A stretch of 64,000 bases of DNA from Hemiscyllium ocellatum (lineage: Eukaryota), in the NCBI RefSeq assembly GCF_020745735.1, contig NW_026867509.1:1922001-1986000 (forward strand), read 5' to 3'. The notes beneath the pieces are model-generated. The model was given only the letters and a program-made list of their open reading frames with translations. It ran no database searches and was not told the DNA's origin. Positions 11,262 to 23,984 of the stretch are shown here, piece after piece. The stretch's first letter is position 1. Each line of letters opens with the position of its first letter. Position numbers and translations under genes: made by a program.

Positions 11262-13798
11262 AATGCCGAATTGCGGTGAGACCTCATATAACATTAGAAA
11301 TTGAAATGTTTAGATTTCCAAATGCAGCTGGATAATTGGAATGCCTGTACCACCAAAAGACCTGCTGTTCCTGGAATGTCCCAAATCTTAGAGAATTTAT
11401 CAAAGTTCACATCATCTCCTGATTTACCTGTCCTTGAGGCTAAATTTAACATAAAGCATTGAGCAGGTTTCTGTGTTTAATGGGAATCAATATTTATTGG
11501 AAATTAATAGTTTCCATATACAGGTAAAAATTATGAGCTGACGATATACAACTCTATCATTTAAATCCCTAACTACCATGAACCATTATCCCGTTATGCT
11601 TGGATATAGACATGCCAGGCATTGGTATTAGGGCAGAATATTATTTCTTGGCAGGACAGAACTTAAACCTTGTGAGAAGGAGGCAGAAGTTTAAGCTTAT
11701 TAGCCTTGTACTCACGATAGCTCCAAAGACACGGATTTGAATGAAGAACAGAATGTTATTGGATGGACTATCTTTAGGGTGGAAACGTAGCAAGAACAGT
11801 TCCTTGCCAATCTTAATTTTCTTACTAAGAAAATTAATACTTATGTTGATCATTGTGTGATGGGACCAGAGTGAGAAAAGGGATGCATAAAGTCCTAAAT
11901 ACCTTGTTCATAGCTTTGCTTCCTTGTTGTGCCATGGGCATTTACACAAATGTGAGTTGTTTTTTCATACTTGAGAGTGCTTTTGTTTATATAAGTTTCA
12001 TTCATCAATGACTTAGGATATGGTTACCTTTATAAGAGTCACGATTTGGCTCTAATTCATTCTGTCCTGCTTTTACTTCACTGAAATGCATCGGTTTTTA
12101 TAAAGTTAGATTCTGCTTTGTGGTTACCTCTATCCACATACTGGATCAGGGATTCGAGCATGCAGATTCGACCGATGATGGAGCAGAAACGAGGACTGAA
12201 ATCAAGGAAGCAAGCTGAGTCAAACAACTGTGTTTTCATTTTTCATGATAGATAGTTTCGATTAATAACAAGGCCAAAACAATCAACACTCCAGTAAAAT
12301 TGCTCACACTCTGATTTCTTCAAGGATTGCATTCCATTCTCCCAGTTTCTCAATTACTATCGTGCATATTCGGATGATTCCCCTTCCATTGGGGTGCCTC
12401 CGATATTGCCTCTTTGCATTACTTACCTCCCCACTGTGATTCGTATACCTTAAGCCCCGGAACCATTTTCCACAGATCTGATATCACCAAGAAATACAGT
12501 TCTTCTTGTTTTCACTTACCAACTCACCAATGCCGAATTGCGGTGAGACCTCATATAACATTAGAAATTGAAATGTTTAGATTTCCAAATGCAGCTGGAT
12601 AATTGGAATGCCTGTACCACCAAAAGACCTGCTGTTCCTGGAATGTCCCAAATCTTAGAGAATTTATCAAAGTTCACATCATCTCCTGATTTACCTGTCC
12701 TTGAGGCTAAATTTAACATAAAGCATTGAGCAGGTTTCTGTGTTTAATGGGAATCAATATTTATTGGAAATTAATAGTTTCCATATACAGGTAAAAATTA
12801 TGAGCTGACGATATACAACTCTATCATTTAAATCCCTAACTACCATGAACCATTATCCCGTTATGCTTGGATATAGACATGCCAGGCATTGGTATTAGAG
12901 CAGAATATTATTTCTTGGCAGGACAGAACTTAAACCTTGTGAGAAGGAGGCAGAAGTTTAAGCTTATTAGCCTTGTACTCACGATAGCTCCAAAGACACG
13001 GATTTGAATGAAGAACAGAATGTTATTGGATGGACTATCTTTAGGGTGGAAACGTAGCAAGAACAGTTCCTTGCCAATCTTAATTTTCTTACTAAGAAAA
13101 TTAATACTTATGTTGATCATTGTGTGATGGGACCAGAGTGAGAAAAGGGATGCATAAAGTCCTAAATACCTTGTTCATAGCTTTGCTTCCTTGTTGTGCC
13201 ATGGGCATTTACACAAATGTGAGTTGTTTTTTCATACTTGAGAGTGCTTTTGTTTATATAAGTTTCATTCATCAATGACTTAGGATATGGTTACCTTTAT
13301 AAGAGTCACGATTTGGCTCTAATTCATTCTGTCCTGCTTTTACTTCACTGAAATGCATCGGTTTTTATAAAGTTAGATTCTGCTTTGTGGTTACCTCTAT
13401 CCACATACTGGATCAGGGATTCGAGCATGCAGATTCGACCGATGATGGAGCAGAAACGAGGACTGAAATCAAGGAAGCAAGCTGAGTCAAACAACTGTGT
13501 TTTCATTTTTCATGATAGATAGTTTCGATTAATAACAAGGCCAAAACAATCAACACTCCAGTAAAATTGCTCACACTCTGATTTCTTCAAGGATTGCATT
13601 CCATTCTCCCAGTTTCTCAATTACTATCGTGCATATTCGGATGATTCCCCTTCCATTGGGGTGCCTCCGATATTGCCTCTTTGCATTACTTACCTCCCCA
13701 CTGTGATTCGTATACCTTAAGCCCCGGAACCATTTTCCACAGATCTGATATCACCAAGAAATACAGTTCTTCTTGTTTTCACTTACCAACTCACCAAT
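11262..13798 (+). repeat. Near-perfect direct tandem duplication, 2 x 1267 bp
   Basis: 11262-12528 is repeated at 12529-13795. Identical ORFs 11641-11853 and 12908-13120 are offset by 1267. One mismatch seen (ttagggcag vs ttagagcag). AAT microhomology at the junctions. Confidence 0.97.
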
Positions 13799-14120
13799 TT
13801 CCACGTTTAAACTATTACTGTCCACCATTTCCAACGTTTGCAATATAAAACTGCCACCACCAACGTTACATAATAATTGTTACGTCCATGGCACTCTCAT
13901 CCATGCCTATCTCACTCCTATGGTTTCTCACGCTCCAATTGCACATTCCAGGTGATTGAAGAAAGTATCATGTTTGCCTTTTCACCTCCTGTTTCCTTTT
14001 TGTTCACAGCCTCAAGCACACATCCCAGGTGAAGCAACGTTTTACTTGTACTTCTTTCAATCAATCTACTGTTTGCAACGTTGTCTGCTCAGAATGACGT
14101 CTCTTTTCCATTGTTGAGAT
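13570..14120 (+). mobile_element. Penelope-like element remnant (RT C-terminus and GIY-YIG start); 5' part also at ~12300-12528
   Basis: KDCIPFSQFL..SDD (cf. KDSIPFSQFLRLRRICSDD) and FTCTSFNQSTV..CS (cf. FTCTS.NLVYCIRCS). Confidence 0.55.
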
Positions 14121-15419
14121 TTCTTTTGGTTATACCTTGTGTGAACGCCAGAAATTGGAAGTCTATGGGGAGACTTGACTAGGGCTTAAAAGCATCATCG
14201 AGCTTCTCCTTGCGTGGTTGCACGCTGTATGGCTGAGACCGTATTTGACAGCATGAGGGAAACGGTCATGGTGGTTTACTGACTTTAAGACATGACTGGA
14301 TTTACCTCACTGGAATACCCAAGCTTGCCAGATTTGCACATTGAGGCCAATTGAATAGAATAAACTACAGACAAAAGAGGAAACAATTGCAAGAGTAAAT
14401 CATGTATCATGACCAACAATAGAGGAGAAAATCATGTGATAACAAAAGAGCGGACGGTGACTGCTTTGTCTGCGACCATCGGTCCAGTAAGTTGTGCTTG
14501 ATTCAAGCCAATTTCCAGAAAATGGAAGAAAAGGACTGGTGTTTCAATGAATGGAGAGTGATAACTGTAGACCAACGTTCGTGATGGCCGGGTTCTTGGA
14601 GATATCAATCAAGTAGAAATCCTGACACCGAAATGATCTGATCAGCTGACCCACTGCGGGTTAAATCAGTCTTTTGGTGCTTGAGTGAGAGATTAGTTGG
14701 AGCGCAGTAGTGATTCTTCTTTCTACCATTAATGCTTAAGTTTAATATTGCATAATGTAATAAAGGTCGTTTAGTGCTTTTATATTCGTGCATTGTTCGT
14801 ACATTGACTGATCTGAAATAAAGCTGCAATTTAGACTGAATTCAGCCCATGTGTATGGCTCGTTTATCTGGTCACGTTCACTTTCCATGGCAACACTACA
14901 AAGGTGCATTAGCCAGTTTCTAGAACAGGATACCACTGCCCATCTTCTAAAACAGGACTGTTCGGTTCGAAATCTGCAGTTCATCAAAGGTTGAAGAAGT
15001 CTAAGCTCTCCGGTTTCGATGTATTCAGTAACTGAGAGAAAGTGAGGACTGGAGATGCTGGAGATCAGAGTCGAAAAGTGTGGTGCTGGAAAAGCACAGC
15101 AGGTTAGGCAGCATTTGAGGAGCAGGAGAGTCAATGCTTCTGGTGTCATGTATGTATTCTGTATAGGAACTAGAAATGGTCTGTCATGAAAGTGTTTGAA
15201 AAACGAACTGAGATCAGAGTGATATCACAGAAGCGTTTTGGTACAAACAAAAGCCAATGGTTACAGCGGATCTTCAACGGCTCATTAAATGAACATCACT
15301 GCCTTGGGCCATACTCCTACTTCCTTCCAGGAGCATGCACATGACTTTATTGCAAATAATCATTCACTACTTTTTTCAATGTTTCAATTAAACCTACTTT
15401 CAGGATAATTCCATGATGT

Positions 15420-16112
15420 GGAGGCGCCGATGTTGGACTGAAGTGGATGAAGTTACAAAATCACTTGACATCACGTTCTAGTCCAACAGGTTTATTTGGA
15501 AGTAACAGCTGTCGGAACGATGCTCTTTCATCAGGTAGTTAGTGAGGAGGGATTATAGGATACAGAATTTATAGCAAAAGATCATAGTGTCATACAATGA
15601 TGCCTTATATAAGTCTATGAGTTCAATTTGAATTTGCAGAATTGTATTTGCAGCTGCATTCTTTTTCCTTCTAAAACGCATAATCTGTCGGCAAACAATA
15701 TTTTTCGTCATAGTTCATGTGAGATTTCATACTTTCTTACGTAGGAAGCAAAACCAGACTGGGAAACAAATAGACCCAAGACTCATACCTTTAATGCATT
15801 GTCTGAACTGAGATGTCATGTATTTTTATATAAAACCTGAAACTATCTCCAGAATCTGATTTGAAAGCAATTCTGGGATTTACTTATTAATGCATCGAAA
15901 CCTGCAACCCATACTAAAAGATGAAAGATTTAACAGCAATCTAGATTTGCTCAATATATCGCATCAGTGTCTGACACTATGATCTTTTGCTATAAATTCT
16001 GTGTCCTATGATCTTACTCCTGTAGCTACCTGACGAAGGAGCAGCGCTCTGAAAGCTAGTACTTCCAAATAAACCTGTTGGACGATAACCTGATGTCATG
16101 TGATTTTTAACT
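15420..16112. mobile_element. Non-autonomous element with ~150-bp inverted termini
   Basis: gtccaacaggtttatttggaag...atagcaaaagatcatagtgtca (15480-15592) is inverted as tgacactatgatcttttgctat...cttccaaataaacctgttggac (15972-16083). Confidence 0.75.
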
Positions 16113-16499
16113 AAGATAATTCCAGGCAGTGCATTCGATATTCGAACTAATCGTGGTGTGAAAACGTGTAATCTCACGTCAAATGCGCTTCTCTGTTAAC
16201 GACATTAAACCTATGTTTGTTTCATGAGAGTTGAGTCTCTGTAACGTTGAGAAGCAGATTGAAACTTTGTTTTGAATTTTGAGCAGTTAATAAATTTATC
16301 AATTGGGCCATAGATTTCAACTACCAAGAAATGAAGTTAAAATTGCATGAAAGACTGGTTTGGTCTAAACTTGTTGAGTGCATCCAATTCTGGAAATCAC
16401 AGTGTACGGGGTTTGGATATTGAAATGACTGGATAGCTTATTTGTGATACAGGATGATGCCAACATCATGGGTTCAATTCCTGTAATGGTTTTTCCATT

Positions 16500-18556
16500 G
16501 CCGGTGTGGGCAATTCCCCAATTACCTTCATTTTTTCATCCCGAGGGTTCATTTGTCCATGTCCATTAACATGTCCAAGAAGGTTACTTGGACTTTGGCA
16601 AATTCGCTTTTAGCTCGGTTTACTACCAAGCCTGCCTTCCAAAGTCGATCGAACATGTCCAATAAATGCTGTAAATATTTCTTCCATAGTGACTAAAAAT
16701 CACCAGGTCATCAATATGCACCACATATTTGGATAATCTGGCAATGACCTCATTACTCAATCATTCAAATGTGGATGGACCGTTTTTCATACTAAATGGC
16801 ATGACTTTGAACTGATATAGTCACTTGGCGTTACAAACGCTGAATTTGCCTTTGCACTCTCTGACACAGGTACTTGCTAGTAGCCTCTGAGCAAATCCAA
16901 CTTATAAATGTAAGTTGCTTGTCACACTTTTTCGACACGGTCATCCAACCATGGAATTGGATATGCATCCGTCTTTGTAATGGCGTTAACTTTGCAAATG
17001 TCCACACATAACTATTGGGTACCATCTGGCTTTGGCACCATGACTATGAGTGAGCTCCAGTCACTGTAACTCACATCGATTATGCCAACTTGGAGCATGC
17101 GATCGATCTCCTTCTGAACCTGTGCCATTTTTAGAAGGTTATGTCTATAAGGATGTTGCTCAATCAGAACAGCATCTCCGATATCTACATGATGCACAAT
17201 TAGGTTAGTACTTCCCATTCTATTTCCACGTATCTCCCCATTTGATAGTAATAACTCTTTCAGGTCATTTCGAATTTCTTGTGGAAGGTAACTCAATAAT
17301 TTATCCCAGGTTTCGACAGCTTCCTCATTGTCCAATTTGATTTGAGGAATGTCCAATTCAGAATCCTCTGAACTAGGTTCTTCCTTCTACGCTGTAGTCA
17401 TTAATACATTCTCCTCTTGCTTTCCGTCCCTATCAAAATACCTTCTGCCCATATTCACATGATACATTCTATGAGATTTCTTCCTGTCTGGAGTCCTTAT
17501 TAATTGTTCACCTCATTCAATTTCTTCTCAATTTGATGTGGTCCACTAAGCCTTGCTTTTAAAGGCTCACCTCTTACTGGATGTAACATCGATACCTTAT
17601 CCCCAATTGCAAAATGGCGAATTTGTGACTCCTTATCCATTTCCTGTTTCATTGGAAGCTGCAATACTTTTAAATGCTGTTTTGCCAACACACGAGTTCT
17701 ATTTAATCATTCTGTAAAACGTGACACATCGTCCAAATGAGTGGACTCTGAATTCTGACTTATTTATTTCTCCTTTTTCAGTTTTAACGGTTCTCTTACT
17801 TCATGCCCAAAGATTAATTCAAAATGGGTTGAATTTGGTCAATTCATTCAGTGCAGCTCTGATTGCAAAAAGTACAAATGGAACTCCCTTATTTCAATCA
17901 CCTGGACAATCCCGACCATAATCACTCAACGTGGTCTTTAGTTTTTGATACCATCTCTGTAGCGCTCCTTGAAATTCTGTATGGTACTCAGTAGATTTGA
18001 ATACTTTCATTCCCAAGTTATCTATAGCCTCCTTGAATAGCCTGGATGTGATCGCTGATCTGACTGGATCTCTATTGGCAGTCCGTATCTAGTAAAAAAA
18101 AGAAGTAATTCTTCTACAACCCTTTTTGCTGTGATGTTGCATAATGGGATTGTCTCTGGAAATCAAGTCGACACATCTATTATTGTTAATAAATACTTAT
18201 TCCCACTTTTTGTTTAAGATAGGGCACCTACACAATCAAGCAAGACTCTTGTGAAAGGTTCCTCAAATGCGGGAATAGGTATTAAAGGTTCTGGTTTTAT
18301 TACTGTCTGTGGATTTCCAATTAGCTGACATGTATGACACGTCCAGCAAAATTCAACGGCAGCAGTGTGCAGTCCAGGCCAGGAAAAATATATTTGTATT
18401 TTAACCTGTGTTTTCTTCACCAGAAATGAACTCCAAGTGGTAGCTCATGCGCCAATCGCAGCACCTTCTTTCTATACACTACTGGCAAAACATCTCTGCC
18501 CATTCCTCATCTGCTTGAATGTGTGATGGTCTCCATTTCCTCATTAAGACATCATT
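16500..18556 (-). mobile_element. Ty3/Gypsy pol remnant with integrase upstream of RT (Gmr1-type order)
   Basis: Integrase pieces (WPGL..CxTCHTCQ..PLIPIPAFEEPFTRVLLDCVG) at 18420-17500 precede RT pieces (QHPYR..EIDRML..WSSLIVMVPKPDG, then PFSMKN and YIDDLVIF-like) at 17356-16500 on the same strand. Many disruptions. Confidence 0.85.
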
Positions 18557-19370
18557 TGTTAAGTAATCAAACACATCCAGAAAATTTTTAGCCACTGAAA
18601 GAGCCATTACTATCCCAAGCTTTGTCTAAGCAACCAAACCAACACCCAAAATAAAGATCCTAGCACCTACCACTCACTGTTTAAAATCCCACAAAGAGCC
18701 ACTAATCAGTTGTGGACTAGGTCAGACCACTCAAAACATTCTTAAGCAAGAAGCCCCAGTCCATAACTTTACAATTTGATTCGGTAAGTGTACAGTGAAA
18801 ATTACCCGGAGTAAGATAGCTCGGTTGACGACTAGATTTTAAAATAGACAAAAATTTATTTACAAAATTACACAATGAAACACAAAAACAGAATAAAGAA
18901 CCCCTGCAGAACTCAACCTATCCAGCTATGCTGTTGCAAATATACACAACAGTCCTGATAAGCAAATTCTCTTTAAAATCCAGTATAAATGGAACACATG
19001 CTTACAGGTTGAAGTTGAAGGGCAGAGACAGAGAAAGAGAGAGGGAGAAAGAGAGTTTCTACACAGCTCGCTGTTGAACTTCTCACAATGTCAGACAGAA
19101 GTTAAACTGCTCAGCTCAGCTAAAGAGTTAACCACTCCCTTTCCTCACACAGGTCACTGCTAAAACATGATCACTTTGGCCTGAAGGCTCATCTGTTTAC
19201 ATATAAACAAAAAAACTTCTCAAAATCCTTTCCATCTCTGTACCAAACCAGACCGATTGGGGCCCAGCCTGATTTATTGTCTTTCTGAAAACAATCAAGG
19301 ACAGAGTCTCCTTGAGTCACGGAACATCTTTTAGAAAAAAAGATTCTAGCTTTGTGGCAGTAGGATAACA
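18557..19370. mobile_element. LTR-like segment
   Basis: Begins TGTTA and ends TAACA (5-bp terminal inverted repeat), ~814 bp, abuts the truncated integrase. No clean target-site duplication (catt vs attt). Confidence 0.55.
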
Positions 19371-19719
19371 ATTTGTATTCTTCACTGCTTGCCACTCCAG
19401 CCTGCTTCCTAAAAGAGAGTCACGGAGAAATACTGAGCAAAATGAGGTAGGAGGCTCGAATGCAAAATTGTTGAGCATAATGACTCCATTGTATAGATGC
19501 TGGTCATCAAGCAGCTATTTACTGTCGTCCCATTTTTTTGCCACTCAGCAAGTAACATTTGTAACCTACGCTGCAGTGCCTTGCATGATCATGTAAATAT
19601 CTGTTCAAGGTTGTAATCATTCCTGCATCTGTCACCATTTCAGCTGCTGCCCTACCTGCTGAGTATCTCCAGTATTTTTGGTTTTTATTTCAGGTTTCCA
19701 CCATTTTGCTTCTGAACTG

Positions 19720-20090
19720 AAAGGATGTTGTGAAACTTGCAGTGGTTCAGTCAAGATTAACAAGGATGTTACCAGGATTGCAGGGTTTGAATGAAAGGGA
19801 AAGGCTGAATAGTTTGGGGTTGTTTTCCCTGGATCGTCGGAGGCTGAGTGGTGACTTTATAGAGGTTTATAAAATTGTGAGGTAATTAGACCAGTCTTTT
19901 CCCTGGGTCGGGGGTCCAGTACTAGAGGGCATTTGGTTAGGGTGAGAAGAGAAAGATTTAAAAGGGATCCAAGGGGCTTTTTTTCACATAAAGGGTGATA
20001 TGTGTATGGAATGAGTTGACAGAGGAAGTGGTGGAGGCTGGTACAAGTAAAATATTTAACAGGCATCTGGATGGGTACATGAGTAGGCCC
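19720..20090 (+). mobile_element. CR1-type (HER1-like) LINE 3' fragment
   Basis: Typical RT tail: ..RMLPGLQGL..ERLNSLGLFSLDRRRL.GDFIEVYKIVR. Confidence 0.8.
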
Positions 20091-20129
20091 CTCAGTGACC
20101 ACTCTGGTCATTGAGGGGCCCTATTCTCT

Positions 20130-21340
20130 CTCTAGTTATTGTTTTTTTCTTTAATATCCTTAAAATACCTCTTTGGATTCAGCCTAATCTTCTTAGCCAA
20201 GCTTATCTCATACCCCCTTCTCGCCCTCCTGATTTCTTTCTTCAGTAAGCTCTTGTATTCCCTGTATACCTCAAGAGATTCCCCTGATCCCAGCTGCCTG
20301 TACCTGTGCCACGCCTCCTTTTCTTCCTGGTCCAAGCCGCAATATCACTTGTCATCCAGGGTTCCCTACTCCTGCCTACCCTTTACCTTCACACGAATAT
20401 GTAGACCTTGAACTTCAGCAATCTCACTTTTAATGGCTTGACAGAGGTCCCTCTGCCTGCAAATAAACTACTACAATCAAGCCCTGCGAGGTTCCATCTA
20501 ATTCCATCAAAATTCACCTTCCCCCAATTTAGAACTTGAAACTGTGGATTGGTTTTGTCCTTCCGCATAACTATTTTCAAATTAATAGAACTAAGGTCAC
20601 TGGTCCCAGATTACTCCCGAATTGTGACTTCCGTCACCTGTTCTACCCTATTCTCCAAGTGTAGGTAGGGTTATGCTCCTGCCCGAATGGACAGCTTGAG
20701 GAAACTTTCTTGAATGCACTTAACAAATTCCACCCCAACTAAGCCCTTAATATTCTGGCAGTCCCAAACTATGTTAAGAAAGTTAAAACTCCGAATATGA
20801 CAACTCTATTGCTCCTGCAAGTCTCCCCAGTCTCCCTGCATATTTGTTCCTTGAAATCCTGTTCAATATTTGGGGCCAATAGTACAACCCTAATAACATC
20901 ACCATTCCTTTCTTATCTCACAGCTCCACCCACAAAGCCTTCACTGGATGATCCTTCAGTTATTTCATCTGATTACTTCTATGATACTAAACTTAATCAA
21001 AAATGCAACTCCCCCTCCCCTCCTTCGACCACCTCTGTCCCGCCTAGCGCAAATGTACCCTGGCACATTAAGCTGCCAATCCTGTCCTTCCCTTAGTCAC
21101 GGTTCTGTAATGGTTATAATATCCCAGTCCCACGTACCTCTCCGCACCCTGAGTTCATTGGCCTAATCTGAGAGTCCTCTTGCATCGAAAGCAATTTAAT
21201 CCAACAGGCATTACTTGCTCCCTATGAGTTGCAACCTGATCTGTCTCTTCAACCTACTATTTCTGTTAGTGTATCTCCTTCAAGCCTCGCACTTGCCTCC
21301 CTGTTGTAGAAGATCCTGCCCCCCTGCCAATCTAGTTTAA
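20130..21340 (-). mobile_element. CR1-type LINE ORF2 endonuclease/tether fragment
   Basis: VLNWGKVNFDGIR and KEIRRARRGYEISLAKKIRLNPKRYF motifs. Confidence 0.8.
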
Positions 21341-21344
21341 ACCC

Positions 21345-21645
21345 TTGCTCAACTCATCTGCTGCTGAAACTCACATCGATGCCTTTGTTACCTCCAGACG
21401 TAACTATACCAATGTGTTCCTGGGGCCACCCACATCACCGCGTCTCTCTAATCCTGAGGGTATACAAACCTCTTCTGCCAGTGTTCATGCACACTACCAA
21501 TCATCCGTGACCTCATTGGTTTACACCTTCTGAAACACTCAGATGCCGCTCTAACACAAACAACTCCTTCAGCCCCATTACCCTCCCTCACTCTATAAGC
21601 TCCTGCAGCCTCTACACCCTTCTCTGTAAGCTCCCGTAGCCCAAA
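21345..21645 (+). mobile_element. L2-type LINE RT 3' fragment
   Basis: AAETHIDAFVTSRRNYTN..IQTSSA resembles L2 AETLIHAFVTSRLDYxN..IQNSAAR. It sits where GPCR copy B is truncated. Confidence 0.65.
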
Positions 21646-23984
21646 TAAGTAACTGAAGAATGTTTGTGCTCTCTTCAAATGTGTACTTCGGGTTCCTGAA
21701 ATCCAGTCCATGGAAGTCACTCTTAGCTTTCAGCCACACATAGATAAAATGTCCAACAACAGGGGACCACATGAGGAGAAAACTGAGAGAAATGGCAAAC
21801 AGCAAGACAATGGACCTTTGGCAGTTCACCATCTCTGGATCTTGTCGATTTTCTGCACACCAGAGCCTCCTGCGAGCTCTATTGGCCACTATGATTTGTC
21901 TTATGGTAAGGATGTTTCGCAGCAAAATGACAAAGAATGGGAGAAAAGGTGTCATGATACGAAACAGCAAATCATATACCTGCCAGACTGGCCAGGTATA
22001 GAAGCTGACTTTATGTTACAAAACCATGATACCCCATCCAAAATGAACAATGGCTGGAATATAAACTACAAAGGGATGGTCTTGACGCAACACAGAATAC
22101 AGATAATTCCTATCACCAGTAATGCAGTCTTCTCATGGCTGAATCTGGTCTTCTGTCTCTGATAGCAGATGGCTGCAAAGCAATCGATGTTAAAGGCCAC
22201 TGTCAGCTACACCGAGCAATCCAGAGTGGCAGAGACCAATACGACACTGAGAGTGCACGCAGGAGTGGTGGAGAAGAGACTTTTCCGAAAATAAATGCGG
22301 CTGATACGATTGTGTATGACTGCAGTAGTAATGACAAGGAAATCACTCACTGCGATCGCCACCAGGTAGCAGGTGATACACCTTGAGAGACCACACCGTC
22401 CTCGCAATAGAATTATGAACAATTGGCTGTGAAATATCAAATGAGACATTACTGAACTCAGTCGAAACTTTGTATCTTCGTGAAATATTTCACAGAACTG
22501 CTTTCAACTATCACCTTGGCACTTCCATTGCCCATTTTATTTTTGAAAACATTGACAATTACGAGACAAGAAGTGCAGCATTAAACATATTGCGATTCAA
22601 TTTACAATGGAACAGCAGTCCGAAATCTTCTTATTTTAAACAAACTCATTGGACAATAACCAGGTCTACTGTCTGACTTTCTCCACCCCAGTCTTACATA
22701 TCGCCACCGCATCATCTGTCAATGTGATCAGTCCAGGAAAACAAAATCGCTCTCCAGTCACTGAGTCAATGCCAAGTAGCTACGTGTTCAATTTGTAATA
22801 ACAAAAATAATGCGGCTGACATGAACAAATTCATATCAAACATGGGCCAGACTTTAACAGATAAATGGTGACCGATGTTGGATCCTTACAGAGATGTCTC
22901 ACCTTTTGCAACCTCATCCTTCAAATTCTCAGATGCTCCCGACTCTCGTGAAATCCATTCCCGCGGCATCATGCAACAGTCTGAAACATCATGTTAAGTT
23001 TGGTTCTATGTCCTGTGCATCCCTCAATTTAATATTTCAAAGTGTGTTGGTTATAGATTTAATGACTGAAACCCAAATTATTGGAATTACGACCTGAGCA
23101 GCTCGGCTTTTGCTCTCTTCTTTCAGACGTTCCTTTGATCAAACCTTTTGTCAATATTTCATATTCCTCAAAACTAACTTGGTCTGCTACATTGTTCTGC
23201 TGTTTGCTGTATGCAGTGAGATAACTTGAGACGAGGTGGAACTGCACGTTCTCATAATTGAGGAACAATATCTTTTTGGAAAATTATTTAAAATATAATG
23301 ATTTGAAATTTGAGAGAATTCACAGCAGAAAAGCAAACTAACAAAAGTTCAAAAGTATTGCATCGCTATTGACGTCTTTGAGACTAAACTTCACTTAAGT
23401 CCCAAGACCACATTAACTATTCTGTTGTCCTTTGGGAACTCGACACTTTGTTACACCCCTGCACAGCACATGCTGTAGATTCGTTTAAGCAGTGAATGTA
23501 GGTCTATATTACAAAATGTCTTCTAAAGTGCAACCACAAAGTAATTCATATTTAGATACTGTAATGAAAGCTATGCAGAAAGGCATTTTACCACACTATG
23601 TTAAACCAATCATCCTACAATGGACCAAATTGCAGTTCACTGAATTGCATTTGAACGCAATCTGTGACAATATTACTGTTCAATGTTCATGCATTGTGTT
23701 TCAACGCAGTTCTCAGTTCACATAGATCATTTTTCTGTAAGTTTGCTGCAGATATTATTTCATGATGTATTATACGGTCTGGAGACCTGATGAAGTGCTG
23801 TAAAATCAAAGAGTTGCAGTTTGGGAAAATGCTACTAAATCCTGGAAAGATAAGGAATAAACTTCTGGAAATACACGAATAGGTAATCGATTTTCTCGAA
23901 CATCAGTGACTGACCAGGGGCACCGATAGCAGCGAGAATTGAGTAGAAAACGACAAAGAATGGGGCAATGACTGGCTCGTGCAT
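21646..23984 (-). pseudogene. GPR139-like GPCR pseudogene (copy B), two exons, 3'-truncated in TM7
   Basis: Exon 1 23984-23915 MHEPVIAPFFVVFYSILAAIGAP/gtcagt. Exon 2 from 22426 has a 7-nt deletion relative to copy C, two TAG stops and DRF changed to DCF; it ends at NILQLL. Confidence 0.9.

Noticed and set aside
19921-19931. ACTAGAGGGCA resembling a CTCF core
   Set aside because: It lies within the standard CR1 3' sequence and lacks the CC(A/G)C 5' half.
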